From the NCBI GenBank assembly GCA_963713605.1, contig CAVQMO010000012.1, positions 32,001 to 96,000 on the forward strand: a stretch of 64,000 nt of DNA, in the 5' to 3' direction. The notes below the pieces were generated by a model. The model was not told the origin of the DNA. It did not search any database and saw only the letters and a list, made by a program, of their open reading frames with translations. This DNA is from an uncultured Nitrososphaerales archaeon. Lineage in GTDB: Archaea > Thermoproteota > Nitrososphaeria > Nitrososphaerales > Nitrososphaeraceae. A program made the translations under genes and the position numbers. This document shows, piece by piece, positions 55,447 through 64,000 of the stretch. How positions within the stretch are numbered: position 1 is the first letter of the stretch; every line of letters starts with the position of its first letter.

Positions 55447-55960
55447 ATGAAAGTAAAATACGCTTTAATTTTCACGATAGTCTTAGTCGGGAATACCATT
55501 GATATCGGGTCGTGTTGCCAAACTATGCATATGCTAGATATACAAATACCTAGACACAGTCTAATGCTAACGATTGTGATGTTGGTACCAACTGTGCAGT
55601 AAACAGGCCGCAAACGCAAGGTGACGGGGTCGTCAGTACACCACCACCTTACAAATTTCTAATCCTGGGTCCACCAGGACCTCAAGGAACAGCAGGACCA
55701 GCAGGCCCTCAGGGATCGCAAGGCATTCAAGGGCAGCAAGGACCACCTGAACCAGATAAGGAATTGGAAGTGAGATCAGTTGCTGGCAACTCGGTAAATA
55801 TACCCTCAAACGAGAACAACAACAGCAAGATATGACCCTGACGAGATGGTGGCCAGTGGAGGAATACGTGCTGTCGACGGTATAAATGCGGTAAATCCAA
55901 CACACATCTTCCAAGGAATCCCATGATTGACCAAACACCTTTGACGTTATCCACTGCATT
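55447..55960 (+). pseudogene. collagen-like (G-X-Y) secreted protein, disrupted
   Basis: signal-like MKVKYALIFTIVLVG, 'NDCDVGTNCA', GPPGPQGTAGPAGPQGSQGIQGQQGPP (9 triplets, ~55668-55748); stops and frameshifts present. Confidence 0.7.
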
Positions 55961-56084
55961 ATGGTATACGTTACTAGTTCATAAAACCCGCCTTGTAACT
56001 AAATAACTTCTATATAAGGTATTGGCCTACAAATACCCGTCAGTTAATTAACTGGTTGTTGCATATATAGAAAGTACATATATT

Positions 56085-56321
56085 ATGCCAGTAGCATATG
56101 TGTTGGTCACGTGTGAAATCGGCTTTGAAGACAAAGCCATGGAACAAATAGCGAAACTACCATGCGTGGAAGAGGTGAATCGAGTCACAGGCGTCTATGA
56201 CATAGTAGTAAAGCTATCTGGGAGTGATTTGGATCTATTAAGAGAAGTCATCGGGAAGGATATGGTAAAAATTAGGGAGATATCCTTCACACACACGTTA
56301 ATGGCTGACCAAATTGCATGA
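56085..56321 (+). CDS. stand-alone Lrp/AsnC ligand-binding (RAM) domain protein
   Basis: 'MPVAYVLVTCE.G.E...VEEV.RVTGVYDIVVKL'. Confidence 0.9.
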   Translation: MPVAYVLVTCEIGFEDKAMEQIAKLPCVEEVNRVTGVYDIVVKLSGSDLDLLREVIGKDMVKIREISFTHTLMADQIA

Positions 56322-57220
56322 ATGGTGAATGTAATCTTCATCATTGGAAGTTGAATTAGGTTTAAAGCTGTCAACCATTATTTTTATCTGGAAGATGCCC
56401 CCAATCGTCTTCTTAGGTAGATAGCACTCTCAAGGCAAGCGAGGGCCTTCTATCACAACCGGTTTCGAATAATAATGATCTACAAACTCCAGGGTTGACA
56501 ACACTTAGTATAATCTATCTAGAATTCATTTTCTTCGGACAATACGAACACCCTTATGAAAGCCGCTGATCGAACCAATAAGCTAACCATTACAGGATCT
56601 ACATTAGATAACAAGGATTTTTGGTCTCTAACTATTCTACCTAGATCCTGGTTAAGGACCGACTCATATGATTCAACAAATATAGATGGTTAATTTTGAG
56701 CCCATAACACCCTCTCAGAAGAAATTAAGGGAGAATTCTACTCATCTGATAACAAGGCCGCAGGCAGAATTGATCATAGTTCCATCTATAAAAGAAATTA
56801 ACCTTTGTCTTCAAGAAATTGGCCGAGGGGGAGTCCAGGGTAGAAACTGGTCCCTGCGTAAATTTGATTCATAAATGTCCAAAAGCCTCTTGGAAGTTGG
56901 AGTATTCATATAAGCATCCATGCATGAGGGGTTTTCCTCAAGTTCTCTAACACTTCGTCAAACGATGTAAAGATTCGAATACGCCGGGTTGATCTGCAAC
57001 ATAGCAGAGCGAAAGTAACGGATATCTTAATACAAACGAAAATACAAATTCCTATTTCATTTATGCCAATTAATAGCGTTTGTGCTATAACATCTTTCGC
57101 AGCTGATCCATTCAAGAGGCCTAAATGCAAATAATCTCTTTATTTGGAAACTGATAGCGAGTAGGAAATTTCTCTGAGAAAATTCTTAAATTAGACACTA
57201 TACTAAACCGAAGCTAAACT

Positions 57221-58555
57221 TTGTTCAATCTTCTTAAAAACAATAGAGCTGCACGGATCCTGGTTATCATTATCATGATAATAATTCCAAGTTCTATATT
57301 GGCTATTAATTATTTGCCCGCTTTGATTCGATTTTATAATGAACTATCTCAGGCACCTTATCTTCATCAAAGCGATGACAACGACTTAAGAATTGAACTC
57401 TTTACCGATGGCTTAGCCCAACCTACTAGTATGACATTTGTGGATGAAAATACTATTCTGGTCCTGGAAAAGGATACTGGGATGGTTAGAATAGTAAATA
57501 ATGGAACACTTGAAAAAAATCCTGCATTGAGTGTTAGTGTTAGCCCTAAAGGAGAACGTGGCTTACTTGGCATCGATATACTTAAGAGGAGTGTTGGGCT
57601 AACAAAAATTGACGATTATGTCTTTATTTACTTGACAGAGGAAACAAACAAAAATACCGAAGGTGACAGTGCCAGGAATAGAGTCTATAGATATAATTGG
57701 AACGGTACAGATCTTTTTAATCCAGTACTTCTGCTAGATTTGCCCGGAGATCCTGGTCCCTATCACAATGGTGGCAAAATTAAGGTTGGTCCAGACGAAC
57801 AGCTGTATGTAGTAATTGGTGATCTCACTAGCCCTTCTACTGTACTACAGAACCACGTACTTGACAGTGATGCTGCTCCAAATAATACATCAGTCATAAT
57901 ACGCATTAATCCTTTAAATGGAAATCCGTCATCAAGTAATCCGTTCAAAAACCAGAGCCAGGACGATCTCATTAATAGTTCCAATCTGGAGTATTATTAT
58001 GCATACGGAATCAGGAATAGCTTTGGCATATCGTTTGATCCTATTACTGGAAGCCTTTGGGATACGGAAAATGGAGAAGATAAATTTGATGAAACCAATT
58101 TAGTAAAACCTGGATTTAATAGTGGCTGGTATAAGATTATGGGACCATTATCTAGGAACAAAAACTTCAGCGAAAATGATCTAGTAGTGTTAAACAATTC
58201 GCATTATTCTGATCCAAAGTTTAGTTGGGTTAAACCAATCGGCGTTACTGATCTAGAGTTCTACAATTCATCTAAACTTGGGGATAAATACTCAAACAAT
58301 ATTTTCATAGGCGATATCAATGCTGGTGATCTGTATTTTTTCATAATAGATGACAACAGAACTGGAATTAGAATTGATCCCTCACCGTCAGATCACACCG
58401 ATTTAACCGATTCAATTGCTGATCCTCAAGATGATCTATCTCCTGCGCTTTTCGCCAGATTCAGCGGTAGGATCACCGACGTTGAGACTGGCCCAGATGG
58501 CTACGTATACGTCTTAACCTATTCAGATGGACGTATATTTAGAATAGTAAAGTAG
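57221..58555 (+). CDS. PQQ-dependent sugar dehydrogenase (glucose/sorbosone family), membrane-anchored
   Basis: N-terminal TM, 'GERGLLGI', 'HNGGKIKVGPD', 'YAYGIRNSFG', 'ENG...DE.N', 'GPDG..Y'. Confidence 0.92.
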   Translation: MFNLLKNNRAARILVIIIMIIIPSSILAINYLPALIRFYNELSQAPYLHQSDDNDLRIELFTDGLAQPTSMTFVDENTILVLEKDTGMVRIVNNGTLEKNPALSVSVSPKGERGLLGIDILKRSVGLTKIDDYVFIYLTEETNKNTEGDSARNRVYRYNWNGTDLFNPVLLLDLPGDPGPYHNGGKIKVGPDEQLYVVIGDLTSPSTVLQNHVLDSDAAPNNTSVIIRINPLNGNPSSSNPFKNQSQDDLINSSNLEYYYAYGIRNSFGISFDPITGSLWDTENGEDKFDETNLVKPGFNSGWYKIMGPLSRNKNFSENDLVVLNNSHYSDPKFSWVKPIGVTDLEFYNSSKLGDKYSNNIFIGDINAGDLYFFIIDDNRTGIRIDPSPSDHTDLTDSIADPQDDLSPALFARFSGRITDVETGPDGYVYVLTYSDGRIFRIVK

Positions 58556-58594
58556 CCATATGGGATACTTTATTAGCCTTGTACGAGAGTAATT

Positions 58595-59918
58595 ATGTGC
58601 CGTTTAATGCAAACCATAGTAGACAATTCAGATATAATTTCAAAATACATCGACGCAATGCAGGTAGAGGTTAATCCAACCCCGAATTACAAAGGCCTAA
58701 CTCTTCTCATAGTAACCAAATTATCACGCTACTATAAGGAGAGACCTATTAGAAAAATGAAAAGAGACGATATTATTGTGTATCTTAATAGTATAAGAAA
58801 AACGGAAAAACAAGACCATATGCATAAATGGATTGGGACATATAATTTGTATTTAACATGCATAACTAGATTCTTCAAATGGTTATATTTCCCTAACCAA
58901 AATCCGAATGATAGACGCAGACCAATGTTGTTGATAATATTCCTCAATTAAAAAGGAAGGAAACTTCAACATACAAGCCCTCAGACCTTTGGACTTTAGA
59001 AGACGACCTTCTGTTTTTGAAATGGTGTCCTAACAAGCGGGACCGGTGTTATCATGCAAAATCACGTGACCTTTCAGCACGTCCGAATGAAATACTTGAT
59101 TTAAAAATTAAAGATATTGTACCTAAACACTAAGGAACAAAACAGTACGCAGAAGTATTAGTAAATAGTAAGACCGGCACCAGACACCTTCCATTAATCG
59201 ATTCACTACCCTATTTAAAGGACTGGTTAGACCACCACCCACAACGCACCAATCCTAATGCTTATTTAATCTGTAGTAGCGACCGACGATTTGCAAACAG
59301 AAGACCAGTATCTACTAGAGGCCTATACAAGATTTATATTCGATATCGTGAAGACTTTTTTCCAAACCTACTAAATGATCCAAAGGTTCCAATTAATGAT
59401 AAAAAACAGATTAAAGATCTGTTAGTAAAGCCATGGAATCCTTACATACGAAGACATAGCAGTTTAACGCAGAAAAGCAAGTTCTTGAAGGAGCATATAC
59501 TTCGCCAGCATGCTGGATGGTCTGGGCGCTCACAAATGCATCTTAAGTATATTCATTACTTCGGAAATGAGTCATCTGAATCTATACTTCAAGAATATGG
59601 ATCCTCCCAAAGGACAATGCAGTAGTTGATGTTCTTAAGCCTAAGCAATGCCCTAATTGTAATGAACCAAATAGACCAGACCAGAAGTTCTGTGCCAAAT
59701 GCAGAATGGTATTGACATATAATGGCTACATTGAAACATGGGAATCGGATAAGCGCAAGGAAACTAAGCTAATACAAATGGAAGAAAAGTTTAACTCATT
59801 GCAGTCACAAATGCAGACAATATTATCCATTATGTCATCAGCAAACGCACAGGACTGCCAGCGCTATTCGATCTCATTGTATAACGTGTGCAGGAAGATT
59901 TTCGACTACGTAGTGTAG
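58595..59918 (+). pseudogene. tyrosine recombinase/integrase with C-terminal Zn ribbon (frameshifts and internal TAA)
   Basis: SAM-like N-terminus, 'RDLSARPNEILDLKIKD', 'SKTGTR', 'PWNPYIRRHSSLT', 'HAGWSGRSQMHLKYIHY', 'CPNC...FCAKC'; TAA at about 59131. Confidence 0.88.
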
Positions 59919-60166
59919 TTCGTAATATTTGATATACATTTTTTTATTGATTGGCTGACTTACGACTCAGAGGTCTTGTTCGCAAATTGAGAACTATTAG
60001 CAAATCCTGAGGAGATAGTTAGATGTAAAAGTTCAGATCTACAAGAATTATGATAGATGTGAAGTTCTACGGTTCACAGGAGATAGAACTAGTGCAGTGT
60101 CTAAGATTTTACTGAGGAACTACTGAAATTTACTACTGTTTGATCTCCGATTGCATCCATAGATTC

Positions 60167-60831
60167 TCAAAAATAGAAGTAATAGAAAGAACCAGGTAGG
60201 TTAGCACTGGTTATGCTAAGTAAATCATCCTTTCTATAGTCATACACATCTGTATATACAGAATCAATGAAATTAATTATATTCTTTTTTGGTATCTTAG
60301 TTATATTCTTTGAAAGTTTGATCATCAGATACATCTCTTCGACATTACTATCCACCTGTATTGGTAGTAAATAATTAACGCCTTTCAATACTTTTACTCC
60401 TAGCCTGGAATAAAATTGAATTCTCTTCTTCCTTTTCAGCCGTTCGTATGAATCAGACACATCTTTTTTCGGGTACTTCTAATAACATTCCTATATTATC
60501 TGGAAGGAGGCGATTCAGCTCATTATTTGTGAATTCAAATAGTTGTCCACCTACACCTCGCTGAAAGGTTGGTATAACTGCCATATAATCAATTAACGCC
60601 ATTTTTAGATCTTCAAAAATATATAGCAATGAGATGCCTATTATAGAGCTATTTTTTAGGGCAACATAGAGATGATATCTACTATCATTTTTGAGCATGT
60701 CATAGATATGATTTAGGTAGATGTCAAGATGTTTGGCGTTTTCCAATGGGAAAAGTTGAAAGGTAAATGTTACGAAGTCCTTCAAATTCCTTATGAGATA
60801 AATTCTTAAGTTCCTTAATAATCATAATCAT
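60167..60831 (-). CDS. GNAT-family N-acetyltransferase (frameshifted)
   Basis: 'IIGISLL', 'LIDYMAV.P.FQRGVGG.L', 'LLEV', 'RIQFYSRLG'. Confidence 0.8.
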
Positions 60832-60917
60832 AATATATGTATGGATAAATGGTTTTAAGATGATGATACAATCCATGCGTAATCAGAGGATTCTCCCAGG
60901 AAATGTGGGTTAGGCAT

Positions 60918-61223
60918 TCATGGAATAGAAACTCCTACTGCTTTGAGTTGATTCATTACATTTCTTACTTCATCAGTAGAAACTTTATTTATGGTATTAT
61001 TATTTGTATATCGTAGCATTGTATTTATAAGCCCAGAGATCATTTCTGCATCATAAAAAGCAGTTGATTCTGACAATAGTTCTGCCACTTTGGACACATC
61101 GGTATTATTAGTTACCTTTCCACTTATTATTAATCTTCCAAATTTCTGAACCGATTCATACACGCCGATATTATATGCTATAAACGCGATCTTCTCTGGA
61201 GGTAAAATATCGACAGATTCCAT
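60918..61223 (-). CDS. hypothetical protein
   Basis: 101-aa ORF directly downstream of, and co-oriented with, the methyltransferase. Confidence 0.75.
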   Translation of the reverse strand: MESVDILPPEKIAFIAYNIGVYESVQKFGRLIISGKVTNNTDVSKVAELLSESTAFYDAEMISGLINTMLRYTNNNTINKVSTDEVRNVMNQLKAVGVSIP

Positions 61224-61250
61224 AGTATATCCATTCCAACTAGGTATTAA

Positions 61251-62111
61251 TCATTTTTTACCAACGATAAGTATAGCTTCATTTACGAAACTTACTATTC
61301 CTGTATTCTTGTCTGCATACTTTTCTGCAGCTTCAGTTACTACTTTCAATATTTCTTTTTTTCTTTCACTAGTCTGATTTGCAAGCACTTTTTGTAGTGG
61401 TCCAATAGTTTCACTTGTAAATGTTGTGTAATCCTCGAGTGAATCAAAATCATAGGACACATTCATTCTTTCGATATTAAGATCTTTGAATCCTGAAATC
61501 ATAAATGAATTCTTTAGACTATTTTCGTCAGACAGGCTGAATGGTCCAGGGGATCCTGGTGGAGGTGGAGGTGCATTAGTTTCTTTCATTATGGTATTCA
61601 TTGTCGTGGCACTCAAGGTATCCTGAGCTGGTGAAGCCCAAACAGCAGCTGCAAAGTGACCATCTTCTACTAATGGCCCGTAAATATTAGATAGTCCAGC
61701 CTTGAGATCTGGTAGAAGCATCAATCCCCATCTACAAAGTACAGCATCAAATGCTGAAGATGGTAAGTCAACGGTTTCAATATCTCCCTCTTTAAATTCA
61801 ATTATGTTTTGTAGACCTAATGAAATAGCCCTTTGCTTTGCAACAGATAGCATCTGTGGTGAAATATCTGTGGCTAATACGTGACCACTGCTACCTACTC
61901 TATCTGCGGCGGTTATAGCTGGTTCTCCTATTCCTGTTGCGATATCAAGAACTCTTGAACCTGGTTTAATCTCTGCAAGATCTATTAACCGTATACTAAC
62001 TTTTTCAGCGCCTCTCTCAATTGTCTTCCACCACTTCTGCCAATTATTAGCTACTCTATCCCAATTCTGACGTTGTTCCTCTTTGTATTGTTTTGAATCT
62101 AGGGTTGTCAA
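61251..62111 (-). CDS. class I SAM-dependent methyltransferase (UbiE-like)
   Basis: 'RVLDIATGIGEP', 'TDISPQML', 'FDAVLCRWGLM', 'AAAVW', 'PGPFSL'. Confidence 0.93.
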   Translation of the reverse strand: MTTLDSKQYKEEQRQNWDRVANNWQKWWKTIERGAEKVSIRLIDLAEIKPGSRVLDIATGIGEPAITAADRVGSSGHVLATDISPQMLSVAKQRAISLGLQNIIEFKEGDIETVDLPSSAFDAVLCRWGLMLLPDLKAGLSNIYGPLVEDGHFAAAVWASPAQDTLSATTMNTIMKETNAPPPPPGSPGPFSLSDENSLKNSFMISGFKDLNIERMNVSYDFDSLEDYTTFTSETIGPLQKVLANQTSERKKEILKVVTEAAEKYADKNTGIVSFVNEAILIVGKK

Positions 62112-62299
62112 TTGATTCTTCTTTAGCTAAGATATGCATGATATAAAAATTATCTTTCGATCAGGTACTAAATAACCAAGGTCGTAGCAATTTAGTTAAA
62201 ATGGGCATAATCAAATAGGTCATTAATATGACTGTTTTTGTAATGGCAATTACAAACCTTATAGAATAAGGATTATCTTATAAATCTTCGAAGTTTTCA

Positions 62300-62444
62300 T
62301 GGAACCAAAATAATTCTCAACTCAGCATACAATGTAGATGATGTGCTCGTAAAAGAGTTAGAAAATGGTAATTATATATCAGAATACTTGCAAAAACCAT
62401 TCGAGACAAATCGCTTAACTGATCTAGTAGCTGAGATCGTTTGA
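62300..62444 (+). pseudogene. response-regulator receiver domain, C-terminal relic
   Basis: GTKIILNSAYNVDDVLVKELENGNYISEYLQKPFETNRLTDLVAEIV* (conserved S/T-A and K-P); N-terminal half not intact. Confidence 0.65.
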
Positions 62445-63132
62445 CAACACACGCGCGACTATGATGTCTTGACAGACGGCCAGTGATTTAAGATTAACGA
62501 TTAACTTAGTCTCAGGTATCGCTATTCACATTATAGCCTAATGGGAATGGGAACGATTCAAATGCGCCATCTAGCTATCTGAGTGCTATTCTCGACGTAA
62601 ACCTGCCTGCTTTTGGAGATATTCCAGTAATTCTTTATCATCGTCTTTATGTTCTATTCGCAAATAATGTTTCATTCCATTTAGTAAATCATTACTCTTT
62701 TCAGAATAAATTGAATCATTATTTTTAGAATCATTTACCATAATAATAATTTACATTTATCGTATAAAAGACTTTGAATGTTTGCTCTAAATAGATCTAA
62801 TCGAACTTTGGGACATGACTATGTTCTAAGAAATCTACTAACTGCTCATAGCTCTCTAACTCAAGATATTTCATTAGGCATTCGATAGTATTGTCGTCGT
62901 ATTCAGAATTCTTGTACTTTTGTTTGCTAAGCGTTACTTGAATATGCTCGGTTTTTTCATCCACGTTAGTATTACTTAGTACCTATTAGGACAGTGGTGT
63001 ATATAATACTTTATGAACTATATTTTGAAGAAGCTAAGAGAAATAAGTATATCTTTACCATTATACCAAGAATATTGGAATTCTGTTATTTATTAAACGT
63101 ATTTTACAGTGAAATTGGAGCTAATGGGTAGA

Positions 63133-63318
63133 CTATGTTATATGATGCTTTTTAGCACAATCTTTATGATAATAACTTGGTCTGCCGCTGCTTATAACGA
63201 CATGATATTTAGTGATTGGTTGTTTATATGAAATACAACGCCCATTCTGCTTTAATTCAACCATCTTGATTATGCGAGTTATTCTCTCACGGGGATAGAT
63301 GGTTAACGGCAGAACCAA
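63133..63318 (-). CDS. small degenerate zinc-binding protein
   Basis: 'RCISYKQPI...YYHKDCAKK' resembles a CxxC...HxxC knuckle with one Cys lost. Confidence 0.4.
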   Translation of the reverse strand: MVLPLTIYPRERITRIIKMVELKQNGRCISYKQPITKYHVVISSGRPSYYHKDCAKKHHIT

Positions 63319-63701
63319 TTATCTGAGACTAAGAAATTAGAAGCAAATGAGATTTGTCATTAAATATCGTAGATCAAGCACATAACATTTCTTAAGCTTG
63401 ACAAATTATTGAATTATTCTACACGATCATTTAGATCTTAAAAAGAAAAATGAAGTGGGCTTAGCGTCAGTGTTCCGAATTCAATATTCCAGAAGCAGAT
63501 AACGTGTCAACGACTTTTTTCACTATGGTTTTCACTATTGCCTCGTCATCTTCATCAAATGTGCTCTGTCCATCATCGCCGCCGTTCGAATCAACGGTGT
63601 CGATAGACTCTTGTCCGTCTTGAACTCTTCAGTTCTTTTTCTTGTGATATTCATTATGCTAACACTCTCTGGATTTTGTTACTCTTTAACTAGTAACGGC
63701 T

Positions 63702-63821
63702 TCATTGATAAGACATAACCAGTTTTACTACTGGAACGTGCTCCTCACAATATTCGTAACCAAGATTATATTTGTAATTGCAAATAGGACAGATCTTTAT
63801 CTTACTCTTATTCTTATCCAT
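63702..63821 (-). CDS. 39-aa zinc-knuckle microprotein; not in ORF track
   Basis: MDKNKSKIKICPICNYKYNLGYEYCEEHVPVVKLVMSYQ* (CPIC...CxxH). Confidence 0.45.
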   Translation of the reverse strand: MDKNKSKIKICPICNYKYNLGYEYCEEHVPVVKLVMSYQ

Positions 63822-64000
63822 ATGAGTTAGTTAGTCTTGTGAATAAAAGGTATTCCGGAACTTGGTTCAGTTTAAAGGTAGGACGACCATAGCGGGTTGG
63901 TGACACAGGAACTAGAGGAGGGTAAACTTCTACTGGAACCTATCTATGTAGTAGGACTAAACCGTCAGTGTCGTTAGGATAACAGAAAGATTGACCTTCT

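Noticed and set aside
56496..56516. Bacterial sigma70-like promoter TTGACA...TATAAT
   Set aside because: The spacing is only 8 nt and the host is archaeal.
698..61884. Numerous 60-140 aa ORFs antisense to or overlapping confident genes (e.g. 698, 2086, 3642, 26335, 34436, 40000, 48946, 55633)
   Set aside because: Shadow ORFs with no motifs, lying opposite well-supported CDSs.

Overview
AT-rich archaeal chromosomal window, almost certainly from a soil-type Nitrososphaeraceae (Thaumarchaeota/Nitrososphaeria). This is inferred from a TFB paralogue, TATA boxes about 22-26 nt upstream of starts, MEDS, USP, CBS, TRAM and Lrp/AsnC proteins, and a thaumarchaeal-type integrase. I saw no rRNA, tRNA or CRISPR array. 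At least 12 otherwise intact genes are split by single-base indels or isolated stops, which looks like uncorrected long-read assembly error, so most 'pseudogene' calls are uncertain. The most striking locus is a compact, non-canonical proteasome beta-alpha operon (27680-28946, minus strand). Its beta subunit, rebuilt across two 1-nt frameshifts, starts directly M-T-T-I-V-G with no propeptide and keeps Thr1/Asp17/Lys33. Its alpha subunit has lost the YDR gate motif. Other points of interest are a complete CUT1 sugar ABC importer, an unannotated relic of an NAD-dependent formate dehydrogenase, a patatin flanked by phasin-like helical proteins, an mhqE-mhqD-like pair, and a PspAB/HtrA/regulator cluster. 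There are also a Cys-rich PIN-like protein, a 45-bp coding tandem repeat, a His11/Met-rich microsatellite ORF and several gene relics (Hsp20, collagen-like, receiver domain, integrase). All family assignments come from motif recognition by eye; no database search was run.
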